A stretch of 32,000 nucleotides of DNA from Candidatus Omnitrophota bacterium (GCA_023818895.1 JAMWCX010000001.1:673692-705691), one strand, 5' to 3'. Shown: positions 6,903 to 15,774, numbered from the stretch's first letter. Notes: generated by a model not told the origin, from the sequence alone. A program made the numbers and translations.

Positions 6903-8567
6903 TTATGCAATAGAAATCTTAAGGAAATCCGGAATCTCTTTTCCCATGAGGGTATATATGTTTTTAAGATGCGTTCTGTACAACCGGTCGAATGGGTTTT
7001 CATTGCCCACATGGGCCTTGCCGCCGTACCACCAATTCCAGTCACTCCCTTCGGCTATATAAAGCTCTCTCCACGCTTGGCGTATTTTCGCGTCGTCTGC
7101 CTTAATGCCCTTCTTCTGAGCCTGGCGTGTAAACCTAACCAGATCCTTACGCACCCTGTCCAGGTAGCTCCAGGAAATGTTATCCTGCTCCTGGCCTATC
7201 CATATTTCGAAATTGTGATTGATCCATGAGCCTGGAAACACGTTGGAGATGGACCTCTTAGGACTTTCGAGCGATAGAAAATCGCTTATGGTGGTAGTTC
7301 CTATATTCTCTTCCTTGTCGATATTGCCGTAAAGTGTTTCAAAAAACAGCCTGCCGTTATCCTTGTAATATTCCCAAGCATTCTCTCCATCCATAACAAT
7401 GGTAAGAAGTCCTCTATCTGTATCGCGCCTCAGGCTGGATTCTATGTTGTTGCAGTGATTGATGAGATCCCATGCCGCCTCATCCTGGTCCCAGGCATTG
7501 TAATTGAAGCTTATTATATCCGAGAGGTTCTTATCGCGGAATATCATGGTAATATGGCCCGAGGCGTTTTCGTACCGGTAAGGCCTGTATATTATTCGCC
7601 TGTCGAATTGAGTTACGCCTTTATACTTTTTGTCATAAAGCGAAAGGCTTCTGAAAAGTATGTCCTCATCGGTAGCAACCCACTTTATGCCGCTTCTTAT
7701 CAGGACGTCGAGCGCCTTGTCTGAAACGCTTCCCTCCGAAGGCCACATGCCGGCCGGCGGAACGCCAAACTGTTCTGTGTGATATTTTATAGCCTCCGTG
7801 ACATGCCATTCCGCATCCTCAGGGTGCGAAAATCTCTTCGGCAGCGGACTGCCAGGCAGTGACGGCCTGGCGTCGTTGGTGTCGCAGATGAGCGGCAGTA
7901 TCGGATGATAAAAAGGCGTTGTTGTTATTTCTATGCGACCCTCATCCTGCAGCTTCCTGTATAGCGGTATAATACGGCTCATTATCTTTTTCTGACACGC
8001 GATGATGTATTCTTTATCCTCTTCCGTGTACCCCTCTTTCTTGGCGACTAGCTCCTTTAGGTTAACATCCTCCTCTATATTTATTGAGTGAAACCACGCG
8101 AGGTTAAAAAGCGCCTGGAGATCGAGGAAATCTTGGCTCGAGAAACTCTTGACCACTTTCTTTAAGGCGGAGCCGGCGAGTGTTTTCACGCCTTTCTTAA
8201 GCAACAAAGATTCATAGCGTTTGTTCGGCTCGATGAACTGTTTGAAGTTTACCTTGAAAAAGTTATTGAGTATAGCCACCTTCTGTTCGAATGTGAGCGC
8301 GGTGGCTTTGACGGCAGTCAGGTCAAGGAAGGTGTCTTTTGTTTCATTATGGACATAATCGTTTATCTGCTCAACAAGAGAGGGAACCAAGTTGAATGTC
8401 ACCCTGACCGGCGCGAAATCTTCCACAAGGGCGGCCATCGGGTAGTAGTCCTTGACGCCGTGTAGCCGTACCCACGGCATCTGGTATTTTCCGGTCAGGG
8501 GGTCTTTGTAGAAGGGCTGGTGCATGTGCCAGAGGAATGCGACCCCGAGTCGTTTGGAGATATTCAT
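6903..8567 (-). CDS. Glycoside hydrolase family 57 protein (alpha-glucan-active; specificity not assignable)
   Basis: GH57 conserved regions are present: FLWHMHQPFY (region I), GMWPSEGSVS (nucleophile Glu region), IVMDGENAWEY (acid/base Asp region) and IAEGSDWNWWYG (region V). The track begins at a TTG (8579). I prefer the ATG at 8565-8567 (MNISKRLGVAF...). Confidence 0.85.
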   Translation of the reverse strand: MNISKRLGVAFLWHMHQPFYKDPLTGKYQMPWVRLHGVKDYYPMAALVEDFAPVRVTFNLVPSLVEQINDYVHNETKDTFLDLTAVKATALTFEQKVAILNNFFKVNFKQFIEPNKRYESLLLKKGVKTLAGSALKKVVKSFSSQDFLDLQALFNLAWFHSINIEEDVNLKELVAKKEGYTEEDKEYIIACQKKIMSRIIPLYRKLQDEGRIEITTTPFYHPILPLICDTNDARPSLPGSPLPKRFSHPEDAEWHVTEAIKYHTEQFGVPPAGMWPSEGSVSDKALDVLIRSGIKWVATDEDILFRSLSLYDKKYKGVTQFDRRIIYRPYRYENASGHITMIFRDKNLSDIISFNYNAWDQDEAAWDLINHCNNIESSLRRDTDRGLLTIVMDGENAWEYYKDNGRLFFETLYGNIDKEENIGTTTISDFLSLESPKRSISNVFPGSWINHNFEIWIGQEQDNISWSYLDRVRKDLVRFTRQAQKKGIKADDAKIRQAWRELYIAEGSDWNWWYGGKAHVGNENPFDRLYRTHLKNIYTLMGKEIPDFLKISIA

Positions 8568-8673
8568 AAATGAATCCAAACATCAAAAATCAATCATCAA
8601 AATGACTTTTTTAAAATTCGGAATTTTTTGATTCTACGCCGTAGCTCTGATTTTGCGGACCTTAAATTTTAAA

Positions 8674-10263
8674 CTAGGTACAGTAGATTGTGTAATCTAT
8701 GTCCGGGAATATGTTATTTTTCCATTCCAGGCGCCTGGTGTATTCCTCGTCGAGAGAGCCGCTCTTCACGTCTTCGTAGAGATTCGTGAAGTTTTCCGCG
8801 TGCCCCCTAAAACGCTCCACGGCGTAGGGTACATGGGAGCCTGTCTTCATTATAAAGGCCCAATCGCTTGATTGCGCCAGAAGAAGCTCTCTTGCCATCT
8901 GGTTTAAGACCCTTGCCAAAAGCCCTTTCGCGTTGCGATTTTCATTCGCGACCTCGACCATCCGTTCTACCATCTTGTGAAGATGCCGGTATATCCAGTC
9001 GTTCGAGCCCTCAAGCCACACTTCGCTGTAGCCCTTCCATCCCCAGCTGGAGAAAGCCGGCGTCAGCACCTGGTAACTCTTATGCATCTTAAGATACTCG
9101 CCGGGAGTCGTAAGCGCTATGTTCTTCTGGTCATATCGTATCTTCCTTATAAGAAAGTCAAGCCACATAGGTCCTTCAAACCACCAGTGGCCGTAAAGCT
9201 CAGCGTCGTAAGGAGCCACGACAATCGGCTTTCTGTCACCCATACCACCCGCAAGGTATTCTATCTGTTTTTCGCGGTTGAACATGAAATTACCTGCATG
9301 CGAAGCCGCTGTTTCGCGGGCCGCGTCTGGGTTGTACGGCTCCTTGTGATTGGTTTTACCTGTAATCCTGTAATACTTTATACCGGTGTTTATCCTTACA
9401 CCGTCGGCGTTTATATACGGCCTGATATATTCATAATCAAGGTCGAATCCCACATCGCGATAAAATTCTCTGTAATTGTAATCGCCAGGATAACCCTCTT
9501 CGGCGCTCCATACCTGCTTTGATGATTCGGTATCCCTTCCGTATACCGCCACCCCTGACTTGCACATATAAGGGTTGAACACGCCAAATCTGGGACGCGG
9601 AGTTCCGAAAAGTATGCCATGCGTATCGACCAGAAAATATTTTACGCCTTCCCGCTTGAGGAATTCGTCATCTCCTGGAACGTAACCGCACTCGGGCAGC
9701 CATATGCCGGCGCTTTTCCTGCCGAACACCTTCTGATACATATCGGTGGCGACCTTCACCTGCGCCCTTACCGAAGCGGCCCGTTCAACCTCCATGAGCG
9801 GCAGATATCCGTGGGTGGCACAGCAGGTTATGACTTCGAGATTGCCTGTCTCCTGAAAGTGTTTAAAAGCGTTCACGAGGTTGCGGTGGTATTGGTCTAC
9901 AAAGATGTGGCGGGCTTCCCAGAAATTGTTGTGATACATGTGGGCAAGCCTGTTGAACTGAGGCTCCCATGCAGTCCGCTCTATCTCTTTTCCAGAAAGT
10001 TCTATAAGCTTATCGAGGTGTTTTAGGTATTTATCTTGAAGATGTTCGTCCATCAGCATGGTCATGAGCGTCGGCGACAAGGATATGGTAAGCTTATAAT
10101 CGACTTTGTCGCGCTCAAGACCTTGAAGGACCTTTATGATGGGAATGTAAGTCTCGGTAATGGCCTCGAACAACCAATCTTCTTCAAGAAAATCTTCGAA
10201 CTCCGGATGGCGCACGAAAGGAAGATGCGCGTGGAGGACTATCGCTAGGTAACCTTTTGGCAT
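8674..10263 (-). CDS. GH57-type 1,4-alpha-glucan branching enzyme (GH57 + DUF1957-like C-terminus)
   Basis: 529 aa. Motifs seen are GYLAIVLHAHLPFVRHPE, FEAITETYIPII, GIWLPECGY (nucleophile Glu), VAPYDAELYGHWWFEG (acid/base Asp) and LLAQSSDWAFIM. This pattern is characteristic of Thermus/Thermococcus-type GH57 branching enzymes. Confidence 0.85.
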   Translation of the reverse strand: MPKGYLAIVLHAHLPFVRHPEFEDFLEEDWLFEAITETYIPIIKVLQGLERDKVDYKLTISLSPTLMTMLMDEHLQDKYLKHLDKLIELSGKEIERTAWEPQFNRLAHMYHNNFWEARHIFVDQYHRNLVNAFKHFQETGNLEVITCCATHGYLPLMEVERAASVRAQVKVATDMYQKVFGRKSAGIWLPECGYVPGDDEFLKREGVKYFLVDTHGILFGTPRPRFGVFNPYMCKSGVAVYGRDTESSKQVWSAEEGYPGDYNYREFYRDVGFDLDYEYIRPYINADGVRINTGIKYYRITGKTNHKEPYNPDAARETAASHAGNFMFNREKQIEYLAGGMGDRKPIVVAPYDAELYGHWWFEGPMWLDFLIRKIRYDQKNIALTTPGEYLKMHKSYQVLTPAFSSWGWKGYSEVWLEGSNDWIYRHLHKMVERMVEVANENRNAKGLLARVLNQMARELLLAQSSDWAFIMKTGSHVPYAVERFRGHAENFTNLYEDVKSGSLDEEYTRRLEWKNNIFPDIDYTIYCT

Positions 10264-10269
10264 AAAGGG

Positions 10270-11109
10270 TTATTCTGTCTTTCTCGTAACTATCGGCGTT
10301 ATGCGGCGCTTATCGATACCGTCGTTAGATGTCGCCTCGACAGGGATAACCTGCTTTCCGTCAGGGAGAGCAAACCGCAGAGTAAACGTCCCGTCGGACC
10401 GGAGATTGATCTGCTTACCCTGAACGGTCACCTTAGCATCGGGCTCGGTAGCTCCGTATACTATAAGCTCGCAATTTACCACGAGCCAGAATTTTCTTTC
10501 TATCGGCTTTCTGTAGAAGGACGCGCCGCTTGATATCCCTCCGGAAGAGATCTGTTCCTCAAGCCGCCTCTTTATCAATTCCCGGACCTCAAGCGAGCCC
10601 TTGCCCACGCCGAAACCTCCGGAGAGGCTGAACATCTTCCAGTACTCCTCCTCTGGAATCATCCACTCCGCGTCAAGTTGGTCGGACATCCCGAACCGAG
10701 GTGTCTTGACCATATTTGAACGCGCCAGCACGTGGAAATCGCCTTTTTTTGTGACAATACCTATATCTACTATCCACGAGCGGTCCGGTTTCCCAACGTT
10801 GATATACCAGTTGTTCGCCAGGCCCCGCAGGTCTATATCAAAGTATGAATGGGCGTTATGGCCGTTGAAATTGATGTCGGTAACATCATAGACCCGCAGA
10901 ACGGACTTTACCATGCTCTCGCCTGAATGCTCGATCTTCCTTACAACCTCTTCTTCTTTGTCCCTACGGATCTCCCAGTAAGCGAATATCCACCAAGGAT
11001 CTCTGACGAGTATTACTATCCTATTGTCGCCATAACCCGGCGGAAAACGAAATTCCCTGCGTTCCTTAACACCATAAACACTGTTTGTGCCTGCAGTCTT
11101 ATTTGCCAT
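10270..11109 (-). CDS. DUF4912-domain protein
   Basis: 279 aa. YGDNRIVILVRDPWWIFAYWEI is the DUF4912 hallmark. This family commonly neighbours GH57 branching enzymes. A GGAGGG SD lies 9 nt upstream. Confidence 0.75.
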   Translation of the reverse strand: MANKTAGTNSVYGVKERREFRFPPGYGDNRIVILVRDPWWIFAYWEIRRDKEEEVVRKIEHSGESMVKSVLRVYDVTDINFNGHNAHSYFDIDLRGLANNWYINVGKPDRSWIVDIGIVTKKGDFHVLARSNMVKTPRFGMSDQLDAEWMIPEEEYWKMFSLSGGFGVGKGSLEVRELIKRRLEEQISSGGISSGASFYRKPIERKFWLVVNCELIVYGATEPDAKVTVQGKQINLRSDGTFTLRFALPDGKQVIPVEATSNDGIDKRRITPIVTRKTE

Positions 11110-11126
11110 GGCCCATGCCCTCCCGC

Positions 11127-11300
11127 TCAGACACCTTCTTCCTCGTCTTCTTGTATATAGTTACTTCGTCGTTTAAAGCCGCCGCCTGTCTTACCGTCGC
11201 CGTGGCACACAGAATAGTCAGGGCAACTGAGGTAGCATAGATCGCTTAAATGATTGTCTTCTTCGCAAACAGAATAGCGAGGACAGATCTCGCAGCACAT
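11127..11300 (-). CDS. Candidate 57-aa cysteine-rich small protein (below the ORF-track size cutoff)
   Basis: My translation is MCCEICPRYSVCEEDNHLSDLCYLSCPDYSVCHGDGKTGGGFKRRSNYIQEDEEEGV*. It has seven Cys, a duplicated C-x3-C-P-x-Y-S-V-C motif and an acidic tail. It fills the otherwise empty gap between two co-oriented genes (24 nt after one, 17 nt before the next). The SD is weak. Confidence 0.4.
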   Translation of the reverse strand: MCCEICPRYSVCEEDNHLSDLCYLSCPDYSVCHGDGKTGGGFKRRSNYIQEDEEEGV

Positions 11301-11324
11301 TGCTTTAACTTAACGTAACAGTCC

Positions 11325-11744
11325 CTATTCTCCCGGCGGTACAGCTGCTGGCCCTTCTCCTGCCGGCTCTGTAACCGGCTGGACCTCTTCCTTTTCGACC
11401 ATTATGAGCCGCGCGACATTTTTCCCACCGTTGATGACATAAGTGACATCCGCCCAGTCACCCTTTTTTATATCGCTTAATGTGTTAGCGTTTTCCAGCT
11501 TAGATTCCTTATCCACGATGATAGTGGCGGTCTTTTCGCTATCTGAATCATAATCATAGTATTGGATATCTATTGTTCCCGCTGCTGTGTCAACGGCCTG
11601 TATTTCGCCATAAATCGCTATCTCTCTTGGCGCCGCCGTGGCAGCGCTTACCGCCTTGTCCTCGGTCTGCGACGATGCCGTTAATGCGAAAGATACGGTA
11701 AAGATTGTGGCAACCAATATAGCTATGAAATAATTCTTCCTCAT
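11325..11744 (-). CDS. Secreted hypothetical protein
   Basis: 139 aa with a signal peptide (MRKNYFIAILVATIFTVSFALTASSQ) and a Pro/Gly/Glu-rich C-terminus. A GGAGGG SD lies upstream. I recognised no family. Confidence 0.6.
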   Translation of the reverse strand: MRKNYFIAILVATIFTVSFALTASSQTEDKAVSAATAAPREIAIYGEIQAVDTAAGTIDIQYYDYDSDSEKTATIIVDKESKLENANTLSDIKKGDWADVTYVINGGKNVARLIMVEKEEVQPVTEPAGEGPAAVPPGE

Positions 11745-11828
11745 CCTGCCCTCCTAAATTTAATTTTTCATAATTCCAGACGCAGCATGTATGACACCAA
11801 ATGTATCTGTCACAGATTCCTCTTTTTC

Positions 11829-11857
11829 TTTATATCAGATTATAATATAAAAGTCAA
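11829..11857 (-). promoter_or_regulatory. Sigma70-type promoter with extended -10, upstream of the secreted-hyp/Cys-rich/DUF4912/GH57 operon
   Basis: The minus strand reads TTGACT-N17-TATAAA, with TG one base upstream of the -10 (ctGAtataaa, i.e. TGATATAAA). It sits in the intergenic gap just after the GT2 stop, about 85 nt upstream of the ATG at 11744. Confidence 0.45.
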
Positions 11858-11861
11858 TGAT

Positions 11862-12623
11862 TTAAAAAGTCAATTTCCTGCCTGTTTCATCAAATATGCG
11901 CCATTTGCCTAAATGATGTTTCTGAAGCATATATTTCCACGCCGTGCTCAAGACGCCCAGGCCGTAAATCACACTTCTGGGAAAATTTATTGAGGACGAC
12001 TCCTTTGTATAGCTGGACGGACAGGTAATCTCAGCCACCCTGTATCCGAAGTAAAACGCTTGCAGCAGCATCTGGTTGTCGAATACAAAATCGTTTGAGT
12101 TCTCTAGGATAGGCAGCTTCAGCAGGACCTCTTTTGAAAATGCCCTGTAGCCGGTATGGTATTCGGAAAGCTTCTGGCTTATCATATTATTCTCGATCAG
12201 TGTCAGCAGACGATTCGCTATATATTTGTAAAGTGGCATACCGCCTTCCAGCGCTTTGTTTCCAAGTATCCTTGAGCCAAGCACAACATCGAACATGCCT
12301 GATGTAATAAGGGCGGCCATCGCCGTTATAAGTTTGGGGGGATATTGATAGTCGGGGTGCAGCATTACCACGACATCGGCTCCTGCCTTCAGGGCCTCAG
12401 CGTAACAGGTTTTCTGGTTTCCGCCGTAACCTAAGTTCTCGGGATGGACAAATACCTTTAGTCCAAGTGAGCGCGCCACCTGCACCGTTCTGTCTGCCGA
12501 TTTGTCATCGGTCAGGATTATCTCGTCAACTATATCTTTGGGGATTTCGTCGTAAGTCTTGCGCAGCGTCTTCTCGGCGTTGTAGGCTGGCATCACGACA
12601 ACTATCTTTTTCCCATTAAGCAT
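11862..12623 (-). CDS. Glycosyltransferase family 2 (polyprenol-phosphate sugar synthase-like)
   Basis: 253 aa. Motifs seen are VVVMPAYNAEKTL, ILTDDKSADRT (DxD-type) and GYGGNQKTCY. The size and layout are typical of Dpm1/GtrB-like soluble GT2 enzymes. Confidence 0.85.
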   Translation of the reverse strand: MLNGKKIVVVMPAYNAEKTLRKTYDEIPKDIVDEIILTDDKSADRTVQVARSLGLKVFVHPENLGYGGNQKTCYAEALKAGADVVVMLHPDYQYPPKLITAMAALITSGMFDVVLGSRILGNKALEGGMPLYKYIANRLLTLIENNMISQKLSEYHTGYRAFSKEVLLKLPILENSNDFVFDNQMLLQAFYFGYRVAEITCPSSYTKESSSINFPRSVIYGLGVLSTAWKYMLQKHHLGKWRIFDETGRKLTF

Positions 12624-12640
12624 GATAGACCTCAGTCACC

Positions 12641-12689
12641 AAAAAAACAAGAGCACGCCTCGTTATCATGGCGAACACTGGACGTGCTC
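12641..12689 (-). terminator. Putative rho-independent terminator after the coiled-coil lipoprotein gene
   Basis: The inverted repeat is GAGCACG (12651-12657) / CGTGCTC (12683-12689). On the minus strand the hairpin is followed by TTGTTTTTTT (plus-strand A-run 12641-12647). The 25-nt loop is long, hence moderate confidence. Confidence 0.4.
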
Positions 12690-12748
12690 CCTACCTTGTA
12701 ATATTTATCTTAAGATCTTTTAAAAATATTTAGGACGAAGCGCTTCGA

Positions 12749-13078
12749 CTACAGCCCCTTTTCCGCCTGGAGCTTATCATAAGCGGCTTTGATGGCCACC
12801 TTTTCGTCCAGTATTTTGTCGTATTCGCTTTTGAGCGCGGCCTTTTCATTCGTGACCGTCTCTAGCTTCATCGCAAGATCCATCTTTTCGGCAAGCAGGT
12901 TATCGTATTCCTTCTTAAGAGCCTCTTTTGCTTTCGTCAGAACGCTAACTTTTTCTTCCAGCATAATCTTTTCATTAAGAAGAGATTCGTACTTGTCCTT
13001 TGGCACGCCGCAGCCAATTATGGCAACCAAAGAAATGACTACGCAGATAAGCGCGATTGACTTTATATTTTTCTTCAT
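12749..13078 (-). CDS. Coiled-coil lipoprotein
   Basis: 109 aa with a lipobox (LVAIIGC|G). The rest is heptad-like K/E/L-rich sequence containing an internal repeat (KEYDNLLAEK / SEYDKILDEK / AAYDKLQAEK). Confidence 0.65.
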   Translation of the reverse strand: MKKNIKSIALICVVISLVAIIGCGVPKDKYESLLNEKIMLEEKVSVLTKAKEALKKEYDNLLAEKMDLAMKLETVTNEKAALKSEYDKILDEKVAIKAAYDKLQAEKGL

Positions 13079-13113
13079 CTAATTGCTACCCTCCCCATAT
13101 ATTTTTAGGCCTT

Positions 13114-13572
13114 TTACTGTTTTATAAGATGTTTTTCAAGCGCTGCCCACGTCTTTGGCCCGACTTTCCCGTCAACTTTAAGACCGTTGGCCTGCTGGAA
13201 ATCAAGGATCGCCTTTTTGGTCCTCGGGCCTATCTTGCCGTCTATGGCGCCGTTGTAGAATCCGGCATTCTTTAAAGCGGTTTGTATCTGCTTGTTCTTA
13301 TCCAGCGCCGCCTGGCTGACTGCGGTAAGTGGCTTCTCGGCAATCTGGGGTGCGGCCGCGGTAGGCGGAATGGTCTCCGTCGCCACTGTCTGTGCCGGCT
13401 CTATGACGGTTGCGTCCGCTTTCAGAGCGGCTTCTGTCATGGGCGCCATCATTTCGGCGGTATCCATCATCGTATCTTCCGCCGGCTTCTCGGTCTTGGC
13501 CTTGCACCCGAGAACGGCTAGCGGCAGCACAAAAAGAAGCGCCAGAATTAGCCGTAAAAATCTCATTTGCAT
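13114..13572 (-). CDS. Lipoprotein with C-terminal peptidoglycan-binding domain (PG_binding_1), paralogue 1
   Basis: 152 aa with a lipobox (LAVLGC). The C-terminus IQTALKNAGFYNGAIDGKIGPRTKKAILDFQQANGLKVDGKVGPKTWAAL is the classic PG_binding_1 pattern. An AAGGAGG SD is present. Confidence 0.8.
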   Translation of the reverse strand: MQMRFLRLILALLFVLPLAVLGCKAKTEKPAEDTMMDTAEMMAPMTEAALKADATVIEPAQTVATETIPPTAAAPQIAEKPLTAVSQAALDKNKQIQTALKNAGFYNGAIDGKIGPRTKKAILDFQQANGLKVDGKVGPKTWAALEKHLIKQ

Positions 13573-13634
13573 CTTCTTCCTCCTTTCAAGAAACGTCTAT
13601 ATAATAAAAGTTTTCGATAATATTCGTAAACCCG

Positions 13635-13662
13635 ATTATACCGCCACCATTTTCTTTGTCAA
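13635..13662 (-). promoter_or_regulatory. Consensus sigma70-type promoter upstream of PG-binding lipoprotein 1
   Basis: The minus strand reads TTGACA-aagaaaatggtggcgg-TATAAT, with perfect -35 and -10 hexamers and a 16-nt spacer. It lies in the 118-bp intergenic gap, about 63 nt upstream of the ATG at 13572. Confidence 0.55.
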
Positions 13663-13690
13663 GCGCTATTCCTAACGATATAAAAGCCGC

Positions 13691-14533
13691 TTATCGTTTG
13701 GATGTTCCGAACCTTGTCACTAGCACCGCTCCGAAACCGGCGACCAGCAAGAAAAGCCGCACCAATGTCCCGACTACGGGGACGAAACCTATCAGATACA
13801 ATATCACTATGCCTAGTATGGCGTTAAAAATAGGTATCGTCGCCTTCCTGGTAGACAAGAATATCCTATCGCCTATAAATATGGCGGCTGATACGCATCC
13901 CATTATCATCGCGAGGGCCACGATAAGTATCTCAAGCGGTATCAGGAATATCCCCACGATGCTTATGGCGAGAAGTATGGCCACCGGCACTATGAGCATC
14001 ACTCCGAGAATTCCCCATGCGAGCATTCCCAAAAAGGACTTCTCCAGCGCCCCGACCACTGTATTCACGTGCTGTGGTATTATCGCTATGAGGATAAGAG
14101 CAAGGCCGGCAAGCCCTAAAAATATAAGCGCGCCGAGGGCCAACCAGATCGAGATCCATCCGCCATGCAAAATGCTGATAAGTGCCGGTATCAAGACCGG
14201 CACATATATTTGGGTTATCCTTCCTGCCACAATCGCATATGGATCCTTAAAAACTTTACCGCCGACCGTGATGACATCGCCGCCTACATAAGAGCCGTCT
14301 TTCAGGAAAGCCGAGCCGCCGACCACAATGACGTTTTTCTCCACCCGACCAATGATAGTTGCATGGCCATCGATGACTATAACATCGTTGACAGTAATGT
14401 CCTTGTCTATCTGCATGTCTTTCTTAAGCTTTATTACGTCGGGCGGTTCTTGGGCAAATGCTACAGATACTAAAAACAACAAGCTTGACACTACAAGGAA
14501 TAGCGCCAGTCTTCTATTCATCATAACCTCCAA
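13691..14533 (-). CDS. Exported bactofilin-like beta-helix domain fused to a polytopic membrane domain
   Basis: 280 aa with a signal peptide (LALFLVVSSLLFLVSVAFAQ). Short V/I-x-G repeats follow (VIVIDGHATIIGRVEKNVIVVGGSAFLKDGSYVGGDVITVGGKVF), then about 170 aa of consecutive TM helices. Confidence 0.7.
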   Translation of the reverse strand: MEVMMNRRLALFLVVSSLLFLVSVAFAQEPPDVIKLKKDMQIDKDITVNDVIVIDGHATIIGRVEKNVIVVGGSAFLKDGSYVGGDVITVGGKVFKDPYAIVAGRITQIYVPVLIPALISILHGGWISIWLALGALIFLGLAGLALILIAIIPQHVNTVVGALEKSFLGMLAWGILGVMLIVPVAILLAISIVGIFLIPLEILIVALAMIMGCVSAAIFIGDRIFLSTRKATIPIFNAILGIVILYLIGFVPVVGTLVRLFLLVAGFGAVLVTRFGTSKR

Positions 14534-14619
14534 AAAGTAAGAACCTCTCTAAATTAAAATCCAAACCCTAAAAGTCAAAAAGATAAACAAAAATTTAGAT
14601 TTTTTAATTTATCCTGTAA

Positions 14620-15774
14620 TCACCTCAACGACTTAACAAACCTTTCCATCCTCACAAACGCTTCTTTAAGCCTATCATAACTTGAGGCGTACGATATCCT
14701 CAGATATCCTTCGCCGAGAGAGCCAAAGGCCGTCCCGGGGACAACGGCCACCTTTTCCTTCTTAAGAAGCTCCCTGGCAAAATCCATTGATGAAAGGCCT
14801 GTTTTCCTAATGGAAGGGAAAGCGTAGAATGCGCCCTCCGGCCTGTGGCAAGTTAGACCTATCTCATTAAGCCGCGACACAACGAACTCGCGTCTGCGCG
14901 CATATTCGCGCTTCATCTCCTGAACGCTTCTTTCGCCGCTCTTCAAAGCCTCCTGTGCTGCCATTTGGGAGATGATGGATGCGCAAAGCATTGTATACTG
15001 GTGTATCTTAGTCATGCCGCTAATAAGGTTCGCAGGACCGCAGGCATAACCTATCCTCCAGCCGGTCATCGCGAAAGACTTAGAAAAGCCGTTCAAGTAT
15101 ATAGTCCTCTCCTTCATACCGGGCAGAGTAGCAAAAGGCGTATGATCGAAATCATATGTGAGATCGCAGTATATCTCGTCTGATATCATCACAAGATCGT
15201 GTCTGACGATCTCAGCAGCTATGGCCCTAAGCTCCTTTTTCGAATAAGAAGCCCCTGTGGGGTTATTAGGATAATTTAAGATCATCAACTTAGGATTCTT
15301 ATCACAGTATGCTGCTATGTCCTTCGGGGTAACCTTGAAACCATTATCGGGGCTGGTCCTCATATATATGGGCTTTCCGCCGCATAACATAGTAATGGGA
15401 CCATACGAAACGTACGACGGTTCTGGTATTAGAACTCCATCACCCCTCTCTATCAAGGCGCGCAAGGAAAGATCGAAAGCCTCGCTTACTCCAACGGTGA
15501 CAAGCACCTCCTCTTCCGGATCGTAGTCAAGTCCGTATCTTTGTTTAAGATATTTCGATATATCGCGCCGCAGCTCTATGAGCCCTTTATTTGAAGTGTA
15601 GGAGGTATGGCCTTCTTCGATGGCGTATATCGCCCTCTCTCGGATATTCCATGGCGTGATGAAGTCCGGCTCTCCCACCCCAAGAGAGATGACATCCTTC
15701 ATGCCGAGGACAAGATCAAAAAAGACCCGTATCCCCGAAGGAGGCATTTGTTCGACTGTTTTTGATATTCTCAT
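14620..15774 (-). CDS. PLP-dependent aminotransferase, class I/II (aspartate/aromatic aminotransferase-like)
   Basis: 384 aa. Motifs seen are LGVGEPDF, YPNNPTG and NGFSKSFAMTGWRIGY (PLP-lysine motif). Confidence 0.9.
   Translation of the reverse strand: MRISKTVEQMPPSGIRVFFDLVLGMKDVISLGVGEPDFITPWNIRERAIYAIEEGHTSYTSNKGLIELRRDISKYLKQRYGLDYDPEEEVLVTVGVSEAFDLSLRALIERGDGVLIPEPSYVSYGPITMLCGGKPIYMRTSPDNGFKVTPKDIAAYCDKNPKLMILNYPNNPTGASYSKKELRAIAAEIVRHDLVMISDEIYCDLTYDFDHTPFATLPGMKERTIYLNGFSKSFAMTGWRIGYACGPANLISGMTKIHQYTMLCASIISQMAAQEALKSGERSVQEMKREYARRREFVVSRLNEIGLTCHRPEGAFYAFPSIRKTGLSSMDFARELLKKEKVAVVPGTAFGSLGEGYLRISYASSYDRLKEAFVRMERFVKSLR

Noticed and set aside
13656-14291. Long antisense ORFs inside well-supported genes: 13656-14291 +, 2737-3306 +, 17412-17978 +, 21428-21901 -, 8977-9522 +, 20366-20797 +.
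   Set aside because: Each overlaps a gene with clear family motifs on the other strand. None has an SD or recognisable domains. This is the typical frame -1/-2 shadow of coding sequence.
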